In this document: piece after piece, positions 12,371 to 24,854 of the stretch | How the letters are laid out: every line of letters starts with the position of its first letter | Numbering within the stretch: position 1 is the stretch's first letter | Source of the DNA: Octopus sinensis | Taxonomy: Eukaryota | Direction of reading: 5' to 3' | DNA: 64,000 bases | Assembly: GCF_006345805.1 (NCBI RefSeq) | Contig: NC_042999.1 | Coordinates: 82,894,001 to 82,958,000 of the forward strand | Program-made: the position numbers and the translations under genes | Notes under the pieces: model-generated | Database searches by the model: none | Told to the model about the DNA's origin: nothing | Seen by the model: only the letters and a program-made list of their open reading frames with translations

Positions 12371-13429
12371 ACACACACACGTGTATATACATAAAACATA
12401 TGTGTGTGTATATATATATATATATATATACATATGCGCATATATATATATACATATGCGCATATATATGCATGCATACGTTTATATAAACGCAAATATA
12501 CACACACTGAGACATGTGTTTGTGTGTATATGTTTGTTTTCATGTGTATATGAAAACATAAAAAAAGTTCTCTAGCAATATAATGCAACTTTAAGCATCT
12601 ATAGACAGAAACAAATTTTCTGCTACGCGTTATATATATTGCTAACGTCTTTTATCCGCTAACTATATACACACAAATTGTTTAGCAGACACTCAAACTT
12701 GGGGTTAAGCGGAACAAAAGAATGAGGTTAGAGAGAGAGAGCCTTTAAGATTTCCAGTTGTCTGACACAGGTACAGAGATTCACAGCTAATGGAAGACAA
12801 GATGATGGAGAGAGAGAGAGAGAGAATGAAGGAAAGAGGAGTGTGTGTACGTGTGTAAGAGTGTATACTTTCATAGGATTAAGTTAACATTTACAAGCAC
12901 ACACATATCTGCGTACTTATATACAAACACACATTCTCTCTCAAACACACACCGTCACACACATATCGCTTCCCCTCATATAGACACGCCTCGCCCCTTC
13001 GACTTCTTCATAGAGTTATAAGGACGCCATCGTGACCAATGGCGTATATTAGGTATTTTTAAGGCTCGGTGGATCCCCGTCCCTTTCCAGGGCTGACAAA
13101 AGTTGATTTTAGAGAGAGAGAGAGAGAACTTAGTACAAGACAGGCACTTTATCTATTCCGAAAATATGAAAATAAAGTTGACCGACCTCAGCGAGACTTG
13201 AACTCAGCGCTCACAGAGCCGGAACGATTATCGCAACGAAAACTATCCAGCAGTCTAACAACTCCGCCTCTCTCTCACACACATCAGTATTATAGAGATG
13301 CAGACTCAAACAAACGCATATATGGGCAACATACTACACACTAATATACATATATGCAAATAGAGAAATACGCGCGTGCACACACACAAACTTATAAATG
13401 CTGTATAGTTATGGAAAGAGTAAGGCATA

Positions 13430-14580
13430 TGAAGGCAAGTCAAAAAGACTTAAGACAGAGTAGAAGAAACAGGGAGGAAAAGATTAAGAACTAGGAGAGA
13501 AGAAAGAAAAGTCCTGCATAGCAAGAGAAGAAAGTAACCGAAAAGAGGCTAGATAGAAAGAGTAAAGAACCAGAGGAGGAGAAAGAGAGGGTTTGTGAGG
13601 CATGTGAGAAAGTATAGTAAAACGCGATACAAAGAAAAAGAGTAAAAGTGAAGGTATTAGGTAAAAACTGAGAAAAGGCTCGAGGTATAAGAGGGAAAGT
13701 AGTAGGAAACGATTTATAGACTAAGAATAGAATAGAATGAAGTGTGGAGACGAAGGAAGAGGGGTTTAGATAGGTAGAAGGGAGAGAAATGGAGGTGTAA
13801 AAATTAAAGAAAAAGTAGAGTAGAGAGAAAAAGAGGAGGTTGTGAAAAAAGAAATTCCAAGAAGGAAAAAAAAAGAGGTTAAGAACGAGATAGAAGAGAC
13901 GTGGATATTAGAGAGCGCTGTCCAGAATATTGTGAGGAGTGAAAAATATACTGAAAGAGAAAGACAGAGAAGAAATAGAGAGAAGCGAAGACGAAGGAAA
14001 CAGAGCATAACGAGAGTAAAGCAAATTAGTGAGGTGAAAAAGAAAGGATAGGACTGGGGAAATGAGATGAAGTGTGAGGAGAGAAGAGAAAGACAAAGAA
14101 ATTCAAGAGGAACGAAGGAAAGTAAGGTAAATTGGTATAGAAAGAGAAAGCTTGGCTAAGTAATGGAAGTGTATGAGGAGAAAGAGGAATATAATGTCTG
14201 TGTGTGAGCTGGAGTGAGAAAAACGGAGAAAAAGAAAGAGTAAATGATAAGCGAGGGTAATACAAAGGATAGAGTAATACAATAGCGAATGAGAAAGTAA
14301 CTGCAATTAACGGAGTGAGTAAGAGAAGAAGAGAGGAAGAGAGAGAGGGAAAGAATAAAGTAAAGCGAAGACGAAGAGAACGATGGAGTAAGTGGTGTAT
14401 TGGAGTAAGACGAACACGCAGTGAGGTAGATAGAGAGATGTAATAATAAGAGGGATAGAGTGAGTGAGATAGTTCGAAAGCAGAGAGTAACAGAGAAAAA
14501 GAAAGCAAAGCAAAGTGAGAGAGTGTAACAAGCCGACAGTCAGTCAAACAGAAAGACAGACAGGCAGCCTGGCTGACAAG
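13430..14580. repeat. About 1.1 kb purine-rich (G/A) low-complexity tract
   Basis: The plus strand is overwhelmingly A/G with no fixed repeat unit. Confidence 0.85.
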
Positions 14581-14779
14581 ATTCCACATTTCAACGTTAA
14601 GTGATACATACAAACATATATATATATTTGTATATATATATATATTTATATATTTATATGAAGAGAGAGAGAGGGAGGGAGAGAGAAGGGGTGCGCATAC
14701 ACACGCATACATAAGTGTAAGTAAATTACTTGTATGCATATATACACTATACATATATATACACTTGTTACTACAACCG

Positions 14780-15145
14780 CCTTCCACTGACGCACACGCA
14801 CACACACATACAGAGAGGGAGAGTCTCATACGCATGCAATTATAACTCTTTCCCCTCTCTCTCTCTCTCTCTCTCAAGCTCTCAGCTCCTCCCCCCCACC
14901 TTCTCACAAACATATTTCTCGGCAATGAACAAACACAAGCGGAAGGTGTTTCGATCTAAGCATTGTGCTCTAAGTTTCACTATGGACACTACAACTACAA
15001 CACCAGCAGCTCAACAACCACCGCCACTACCACTACTACCACCACCATCAACAACAACAACAACAACAAACGGTCAAAAGTGGATTACACTCCAGTCATG
15101 GTTTCTCCGGCATTAGAAGAAGAAGACGAGGACGAAACTCCCTGA
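14780..15145 (+). promoter_or_regulatory. Candidate transcription start and 5' leader with overlapping short ORFs
   Basis: (CT)n tract followed by CpG-containing unique sequence; ATG ORFs at 14925-15116 and 15098-15145, about 2 kb upstream of the coding exon at 16991. Confidence 0.35.
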
Positions 15146-15250
15146 ACAACAACAACAACAACAACAATAATATTAACAAATCAACAACATTCACCATACT
15201 ACCACAAGCAATATAAACAAAACATATCTTTGATGTATAATATATATTAG

Positions 15251-15281
<31 letters not shown>

Positions 15282-15448
15282 CTGTCTATATATTTAGATA
15301 GATAGTTATATATATATATATTTATAGATAGATTTTATTTGTGCTTTCTGTATAATTTTTATAGCATCCTTTTCTTTTTTCCATTCTTTATATTTTAGTG
15401 ATGTTATAGGTATAGTTAGCCTTTCTATACATACATCACACACTATAT

Positions 15449-15479
<31 letters not shown>

Positions 15480-16863
15480 TTATATATAAATATTATTTTA
15501 TTTTAATCTATCGTTTAGTTTCGTATACATATCTATCAATCTATCTATCTATATATATATCGTTGAGTTTATATATATGTATCTCCTTTGAGTCAGTATC
15601 TAACTAGTATCTTGATATCATATCTCTAAATCCTTATCTACCATCAATTACAAACTCTTTTATCTTCCATCGAAGAAAATTGTTGAAGTGATAGAGAAAG
15701 AGTGAGAGAAACTGTTGTTGATGTTTTAATTGTTTATTTTCCAGAGTCAGTGGATTTGTTTATGTCGCGTGTGCATGTGTGTATGCATGCGTGTGTGTTC
15801 TGATCAACATAGTGTAGTTTATATTTTGTGATAGTATAGTGTAGATAAGCGAGTGTAGAGGTTATATTTCCCCACTCCGCACAGTTAAACCATCTTCCTC
15901 GACTTTTTTTATTAATTACAAATAACACATGTATATCTGTATATCAACATATCAACCTGTACATGTCGATATGTATATAGACCATATATATCTATTTGAC
16001 AAACTTTAACTATGTAAACTACAGTTAAACAAAACGAACTAAACAATTATTAGAAAAGAAAGAAAAAGAACACAAACCATCCTACCGAAACAAACCTAAA
16101 CTTGTAACGATAACAATTGTTGCACACCCCTACCTTACCGATATCAAATACCCAAAACACTAACAGAATCACATTGCAAAAGTTCATTTATATTTGTTGT
16201 GAGTTTTAAGTATGTATATACGTATATAAAAATTCTATATATATATATATTTAAAACTCACACATATTTAAAATTATATATAAATACATAACGTATATAC
16301 CTGCATATAAGTTAGTTGAAATAAGATTTGTTATTAAAGTGATATTTCCACTTTATATATATATATATATAAAGGTACATACAAACAGCAAATTAACGGA
16401 AAAAAAAGAGGGATTTATTTTTAGGGAGAATCACACACACACAAGACACAGATAAGCAAAAGGTCAGATCTTAAAACAAAAGCAGGAAAAATCAATTATT
16501 AACCACCAATATAAATTACCACCACCACTAACCACAACAACAACAATTCTTGGAAATATTTATTAATTTGTTTTTTTTATTCCCATTTCGTCTTCCTTTA
16601 AAACAAAATATTAAAAAAAGAAAGTATTTATTTCTGATCAGTTGTGAATTTTCTTTTCTATTTAAATTTTAACAGTTGAATATTAGAAGAAAAATAGTAA
16701 GCATAACTTGATAATAATGCTTATAAATATATCTTAAATTACACCAAACCAAATTAAAAATATATATATATATATATTAAAACCCTCCCCTACTCTTCAT
16801 CCCTATCCATTACAATAATCACCTGAAAATATAAATAAAATTTATATATATATATATTTATAC

Positions 16864-16896
<33 letters not shown>

Positions 16897-16990
16897 ACAA
16901 TTCAAATACACACATACACATATATATATATATTAATTGCAAAGTGAGAGAAAAACCAAGGAAAACCTTGCGGATTTTCTTTTGCCAGCT

Positions 16991-17138
16991 ATGGAAAGCT
17001 GGTGTCAGCGAACATTAACATTGGGGAAGTACACTGTTACCATTTTTCTTGGATTTTTCTGCACACTACTGGTGGAACCAATTCGCTGTGTGGACGAGCG
17101 GTTTTTGTGGAAACCAAACTCGGAAGTTGTAATACAAG
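16991..17138 (+). CDS. First coding exon of a secreted or type I membrane protein, probably an immunoglobulin-superfamily cell-surface protein
   Basis: MESWCQRTLTLGKYTVTIFLGFFCTLLVEPIRC-VDERFLWKPNSEVVIQ(G): hydrophobic signal-peptide core, then F-x3-P-x4-V-x2-G (I-set A/A' pattern). Phase-1 donor AAG|GTAAGA at 17139; possible acceptor TTTTCTTTTGCCAG| at 16988. Confidence 0.72.
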
Positions 17139-18853
17139 GTAAGAAAAAAAAACGAAAAAACTTTTAAAAGAATTTTTTTTTTTTTTTTGAAAGAAAGTAT
17201 TGTACATGATGCATAGATGACAAATCTCTTTCAAAGGGGGATTGATCCTTAATAGCTCATATTCCCGTTTATATTTATTTATTCATCTACCAACCCATCA
17301 CTTTCATCTGTCTGTCTATCATCTATCTGGCTAGCTAGCTAGCTAGCCATCTATGTAGCTATATAGCTGTCTGCTTGTCCGTCAATTTCTCCATCTGTTA
17401 ATCTACCTGGGAATTTTTCTGTCAAAATTTGTTCCTACCTCCCTTTTTCTCTCCAATGGTATATTTGTGCGCGTCTGGCGTTTATATATATATATATATA
17501 TATAATATTATATATATATATATATATATAGCTGTTGTGTGTGTATCTTTTCGTTTGTTGAACCCTTTTGATCAGTAGTTATTTGCTTAGTCCCAAGTTT
17601 GGTTCTGATTAAGGAAACTTTTTCATCTTAAGATATACTATATTTCAGACACCATTCATTTAATCGGTTTTAAGACGGTAGGGGTCGATTTGACGAATAT
17701 TTGGCTGCTATCTCTTGCAGGGCAAACATTTTATTCATTGAAAATGCCTCGCGGGTGTTCGTAAATTTTAAGGCATTCTCTCATAATTTTGACAATGTGT
17801 CTATTTTGTAGACTTGTCAAGACTATATCCATACATGCTGATTATATTGCTAGCAAGACAGATATTTGATTGTATGCTTGTGTGTACACACACACACACG
17901 TGTACTTGTGTGAGTGTATATATATATATATATATATATTATATATGGATTTATATATGCACACACGTGTATGTATGTGTGTAAATATATATGTATATAT
18001 ACACACAAATACAGGTGTATGTGTGTGTATTTAGCAATCTCTTCTATTTTGGACTTTTTAACCGTGTTTCCTCGTCACTAAACGTCTGTGTGTGTATACA
18101 ACTGTGTGTGCGTATGTGTGCATTCATATTATATATACTCTTGTGTATATGTGGATGTATAAGAACTAGCTGTTATTCTATGAATTCAAGTGCACCCTCC
18201 ACTTTCTCTCTTTCTCTCTCATGCATACACTCACACACATCTACATATTCCAAAACGTGCAACACACGCGAGTACGCAGATAATAAAACCCGATTAAACA
18301 ATCACAAACACACACTAATATTAAATGTTGTATGTGTACAAGTTATGCTGTGTACGTCTGCATGCATTTATTTATTTATTTATTCATTTATTTTACATGA
18401 TTTAATCGAAGGAGGAAGTGCTATACCGCTCCTGAGTTTTTGCAGGGTCTCCAAAACTGATGCGAGGAGGTCAACCTCAGAGAACTCAGACGTGAACCTA
18501 ATGCTTGTTAAAGCGTGAACTTCGCTAAATGCACCACCTATGGACCAGGCGGTTGAATTTTAAGCCAGTTGCCGGATTAAATCTACTACCCATGTGTACC
18601 TAAGTGTTAATAGTACTATATCCGATATCTTGTGTATGTTTGAGCGCGGTGTATTTATACGCTTGTTCTAGATAGCATGTGGCAGTATATCTATCAATAC
18701 ACGGAGTGCAGTAACATGTGTATGTGTCTACGTATATGTAGATGTATATGTCTACGTATATATATGGACGTGTGTGTGAACGGGCATGCTGTTCCAGACC
18801 TCTGCCAATGTTTGTGTATGTGCTACGTATCTATAGACCTATGTGTGAATATA

Positions 18854-19249
18854 TACTCTTTTACTTGTTTCAGTCATTTGACTGCGGCCATGCTGGAGCA
18901 CCGCCTTTAGTCGAGCAAATCGACCCCGGGACTTATTCTTTGTAAGCCCAGTACTTATTCTATCGATCTCTTTTGCCGAACCGCTAAGTGACGGGGACGT
19001 AAACACACCAGCATCGGTTGTCAAGCAATGCTAGGGGGACAAACACAGACACACACACATGTCGTATATATATATATATATATAATATACACGACAGGCT
19101 TCTTTCAGTTTCCGTCTACCAAATCCACTCACAAGGCATTGGTCGGCCCGGGGCTATAGCAGAAGACACTAGCCCAAGATGCCACGCAGCGGGACTGAAC
19201 CCGGAACCATGTGGTTGGTTAGCGAGCTACTTACCACACAGCCACTCCG
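18854..19249 (-). mobile_element. SINE family A, full length, CpG largely intact
   Basis: TACTCTTTTACTTGTTTCAG...GCCACGCAGCGGGACTGAACCCGGAACC...GCCACTCC on the plus strand. Confidence 0.9.
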
Positions 19250-19531
19250 TATATATATATATACGTATGTGTGTGTGTGTGTAAAGATGTATGTAAATGT
19301 GTGTACATACACACATACATGCGTATATGAATGTGTGGTATGTTGTATGTATACGTGAATGTTTCTGCGTTTATAAGCCATTTGTTGTTGTTGCTGTTGT
19401 TGTTTAGCCCGAGGTTAATGCTGACCAGTTCTGATCTACGATCACAAAGCATTCTGGCGATGACACTGCTGACTTATTTTCAGACTAAGAATATCGGTCT
19501 GTCTGTCCGTCCGTCCATCTATACGCGCATG

Positions 19532-19563
<32 letters not shown>

Positions 19564-19849
19564 ACGGAGTGCACACGTGCGATAGTTGTGTTTAAGGAGT
19601 AAATACGCGAATTAATTACGTGTATAGAGTTCATACTTATAAAAAGTGATACTGTGACACACTCACATACACAACGTGTCTATTTTGTACATCGTAAACT
19701 ACAATATGTGTAGTGAACTGTAACTAGTTTTAGACGCTAAGGTGGATGACTAAATAGTCTGCATATACATGTACAAACTGAATGGACACTTTTGTTTCCT
19801 TACAACCAGACGAGGCTTAAATGTATATAGCTGGTAAACAAATTGCCTG

Positions 19850-20005
19850 ATGTGGATGGATATATAGCAAGAAAGGCCGCATGATACTTGGCTCATCATC
19901 AGGTGGGCCGCACTAATATAAAACAAAAAAAAAAAATTAAGGTAATTTTTCGTTGGGTGTGCTTTGCAGTAAGTCCTACACACCCGTGCCACAGTTGCCC
20001 TTTAG
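19850..20005 (+). mobile_element. hAT-type MITE internal fragment (same family as 30155)
   Basis: Shares GCTCATCATCAGG(C/T)GGGCCGCACTA...GTAATTTTTC with 30155-30295. Confidence 0.55.
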
Positions 20006-20007
20006 TG

Positions 20008-20057
<50 letters not shown>

Positions 20058-20519
20058 ACATTTGTTGTTTAGCTCTTTGTGAGTTCTTTGTAATCGAGCG
20101 GAAACTATGATGAAAGAAATTTCAGTCGCGCCATCAAATTTCCTACCTAGACATTGTACATCTCGAGCTATATATACATTATCTAATGTGCCCTTCTTTT
20201 AGGAAGAGCATGTACAAATTTGGCTGCTATTTCTAATAAGCTGAACGACCCGCAATGCAGATTCACTCACAGGATTGTGATAACGTGTAGAAATAAAAAT
20301 GATAGATAGATAGATAAATAGGTAGATAGATAGATAAATAGATAATAGATAGATAGACAGGTAAATTGGTAGATAGATAGATAGGTAGGTACGTAGGTAG
20401 GTAGATAGATAGATAGATAGATAGGTAGACAGAATGACAGACAGATAGACATATTAATAAGCAGGATAGACAGACATTGGTAGTTTGCTGTTAAGTTTAA
20501 TTCGTACTTGATTGAGCGG

Positions 20520-20710
20520 GCTTATAATAACTGAGGCACAAGGCCTGATATTTAGAGGAGAGGTTAATCGATACTATCGACTCCAATATTTGACTTGTAT
20601 GTTATTTTATGTCCCCGAAAGATGAAAGGCAAAGTTGATCTCGGCGGGATTTGAACTCAAAACATAGAGAGCCGCAACATATTCTGTAAAGCATACCGAT
20701 TCTGTCAGCT
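20520..20710 (-). mobile_element. SINE family B (Nin/Deu-like domain), degraded
   Basis: GAAAGATGAAAGGCAAAGTTGATCTCGGCGGGATTTGAACTC on the plus strand. Further degraded copies at about 13120, 26020, 29200, 37530, 45530, 50880 and 54790. Confidence 0.75.
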
Positions 20711-21163
20711 GATCGACAGAGCAGGCCATATTCGTTCCTGAAGTGACAGTTTCGTCCATTTCCCCACCTCTAGTGCGTCTTGGACGATGTTATACAGTTT
20801 GCCCATTTCTACACTTTTGAAAGATGATTGGTTGTGATTTGAGGAACATTTGGCTCATATTCCTAGCAAATTAAGCGACCACATAATTTGGCAGAGATTC
20901 TTAAAAAAGGCAGTTAAATATGAAGAATGGTGCATAGTTATATATATATATATATAATCTACATACATACATATATCCTCGCCTTTCATGTTTTTTTTTT
21001 TCTCTCGCTTTTTTTTATTCCACTCCACACTGTATTCTGAAGAAGTAAAATGTCGAACGCTATCGCATCTCTTCTCATTTCTCTGAGACGATAAACTGAT
21101 TTTGTTTGCTAACTTATCCGCCTTACTTTTTATCTTTTCTGTTCTTTTCCACACATGATCACA

Positions 21164-21216
<53 letters not shown>

Positions 21217-21364
21217 ATATAAAATATATGTATGTATGTATACGTACATATATATATTCATACATGTATATGTATGTTTATATATCTGTGTGTGTGTGTG
21301 TGTACATATAGATACAAACAAATAAAAACAACAGTATGTATACACACATACACACACACATATA

Positions 21365-21460
21365 TGCCATAATAAAGACAGGCAGCATGAGGAGTGAATA
21401 TATTTATTTAATCACTTTTCATCCTTAGGTTTACGGCCGTTTCACAGCCTTCATCATGTA
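21365..21460 (-). mobile_element. Penelope-like pseudo-LTR mini-element with hammerhead-like motif
   Basis: Minus strand ATGATGA-AGGCTGT-GAAACGGCCGTA...AATAAATATATTCACTCCTCAT. Confidence 0.5.
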
Positions 21461-22233
21461 ATAATAATTTCAGTGTATAATAGACAGTTTTAGTCAACTA
21501 TATGCATACATACAGACAGACAGACAAATAAAATGAAATAGGAACTCTTTCCCTAACCATCTAACTAGCACAATTCTGCACACAGACACAACACACAATA
21601 TTGTACAAGCTTTTTGCATTGGAGAACCTTAGGAACCTTACTATGTTGGTGAAACTCCTTGCCCATCTTTCAAACAGAGATATGCACGCACGCACGCACA
21701 CACGTACATCCATTGATGATGCTAAATTCCTGGCTGGCTTGTGCAGCCGGTTGGCTGTTGTATATGCCTGTATGTGTTTCGCATTTTGTTATATGTGTGT
21801 TGCATGAGATATATATTAGGGGATAATATTACGAGCGTATGTGTGTGCTCCCCTATGAGAATGAGGAAGTGTGTACGTGTGGTATAAATATTGTGCGTGT
21901 AACCCAAACGTGTTTGTAGACTTTATTTGTGCATGCATGTATGTATGTAAACGAAAATATGGGTGTATGTGAGGACTGTACGTGTGTATAGCTTGCTTAT
22001 ATACACTTATGCAGGTAATTTGTAAAGCGTATATTTGTGCGTGCGCATGTTAAGATTGAGAGTGCATATGCAGTCTCGTCTATGTATACACTAAAGGCGT
22101 GGGTGTTTGTATACATGTGCGGATTATGTGTGTATAGTTTTGTAGTAAGTATGTACACTGCACGCGCACTTGTATACAAGTGATATTGATATGTCTACAA
22201 AAATATGAATATGTGTGAGTTCGTATATATTTA

Positions 22234-22274
<41 letters not shown>

Positions 22275-22869
22275 TAAAGGAATGTGTGTATCTATCTATC
22301 TATCTATCTATCTATTTATCTATCTAAAGCGGAGGTAAAGGACATGGATATGCACATAAAAAACAGTATATACATAAGCTTATACACTCAAGCATTAACA
22401 CACACTCGCAATTGAAGTTAAACGTTCGATCACCGCATATACACATGCGTATGTGTATATACCTGCCCGCGTGTATATATCGCTCTCTGTGTATGTATGA
22501 ATATATATATATATATATATTCACAGGCATATATGGTTAACTAATGCGCTTTGATTGTTTGGTTCGATTCCACTGCACGGCATGGCCTGAGCAAATTGTG
22601 TTGTTTGTATACCGTACTAAAGTGGTGTAGCGGTCAGAGTAATGAAGAGACAGATTAAGTATGTACCTACCAGACAGAAATAATTACTGCGGTTGATTTT
22701 TGATCGACTAAAATGTTTGGCCGCAGTGCAATAACTGAAACCAACTATACATGCATATATATATTATATATAATATATATATATATATATTATATATATA
22801 TATTATATATATATATACGTATAAGTGATTGATAATGATAGGATACAGAGCTGTCTGTCTATCTGTCTT

Positions 22870-22904
<35 letters not shown>

Positions 22905-23346
22905 GCATTAAAAGTACAGACGACCAAAATAATCACGCTTCTTTTATTTGTTGGGCAGTTTTACCACATTCGTTGATCTGCGGCCAAGACTAGCGTTTTG
23001 CATGTATGTGACGGATACCACGGAGAATAACCATTTCAACGCACGCACACTTACACACATTCACTACACCTAATCATATTTTGTACCATAACTTCAATCA
23101 ACACCGTGATAGTAACATATATATATAGAGCACATGCATTGATTATCTATCTGTCTGTCTGTCTATCTATAATCATGTATATATGTATTTATTTATGTAA
23201 AGCATGTGAAATACACATGCATATACACATAAGTGCATACATACACATATACACAGATAATTGTGTATGTGTATCATAAAAAGCTTAAATGTATGTGTAG
23301 TGCGCGTGCATGAACGCAGACATGATTGTACATATATATACATACA

Positions 23347-23378
<32 letters not shown>

Positions 23379-23698
23379 GATACATATATATTAAGAAGGT
23401 CGCTCTCAACTTCGCGATTCAGGGCTCGATTCTCCTTTGCACAGCACCTTGAGTTGGTGCATACTACCACTAGCTTGTGAGTGGAATTTGGCAAGTGGAA
23501 AATGTTCTGAAGCTGTGTAGCATGAAAGTTTGTTTCCTTGCCACATGTTTCCGGGTTCAATTCCACTGCGTGGCACCTTGGGCACCTGACTTCTACTATC
23601 CCCACGAACCGCCCAACGCCTTGTGAGTGGATTTAGTAGCTCGTTATATATATATATATATAATATATTATATATATATATTATATATATATATATAT

Positions 23699-23731
<33 letters not shown>

Positions 23732-24296
23732 TTCTGTCTGCGTTTGTCCCCCACAACGGTTGACAACCAGTGTTAGTGTGTTTGCAACAACGTGATCTAG
23801 TGATTCGGCAAAAGATGATCGATAGAATAAAAAGTATTGGGCGTGATTTGTTCGACTAAAATACTTCAAGGCGGTGCCCCAGCTTGACCTTTTCGGTTGC
23901 TGATTAAATGTATGTATGCGTGCATTTTAAATGATTTGGCCTACCATTTCGATTTTCTTAAAAAAAGTTTTATCCATTCAATAACTTATTTATTTTACTT
24001 CTTCGATCACAGAAAGAGAGACATTTCGATTTAAAGAGTTTTCAACCTTCCGATTTAGCGATACTTATGTTTCTTCGCCACTCTCAACATCGTCAACGTT
24101 TTCATGGAGCCTTTAACATAGAATAGAACCATCCATCCATAGATACATACATGCATACATAACACCCGTATTATTGAACTAGGTTCAAACAGAAAGCCTC
24201 TATGTAACCGCTTGAAATAGCAGTCAACTGTCTCTTAAATTCACACCCTACTGCTCCAGAAACGGGAGGTGTGCGTATTCTTTATCTCCCCGCTCC

Positions 24297-24371
<75 letters not shown>

Positions 24372-24796
24372 AAACCAGAATGCTTAACGGCTTTCTGTGT
24401 TCAAATTCTGCCTAGCTCAAGTTTACCTTTCATCCGTTCAGAGTCGATAATAAAATAATTACCAATTGAATACAGGGGTATATAATATATATATATATAT
24501 ATATATACATGTGTGTGTGTATATATATATATATATAATATATATATATATATTTATACCTACATATATTCATACACACACACACATATAATATATATAT
24601 ATATATATACATACATAGATACATATATATATATATGTACACATATATACATACATATATACATATACACACATGCATATATATACATATATATACATGC
24701 ATACATATATATATACATATATATACATACATATATATATTTATATATACATATATATATATACATGCATATATATACACCCATCTATATACATGC

Positions 24797-24854
<58 letters not shown>

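Noticed and set aside
13026-13060. Paired YY1-like CGCCAT/ATGGCG and CCAAT as a promoter
   Set aside because: CAATGGCGTATATTAGG is better explained as a Tip100-like hAT terminus similar to 57507.
13766-14925. 299-aa and other minus-strand hydrophobic ORFs
   Set aside because: They result from the purine/pyrimidine-skewed tract, which lacks stop codons; no domain-like sequence.
20765-20777. CTCF-like CCACCTCTAGTGC
   Set aside because: Several mismatches to the core motif and no supporting context.
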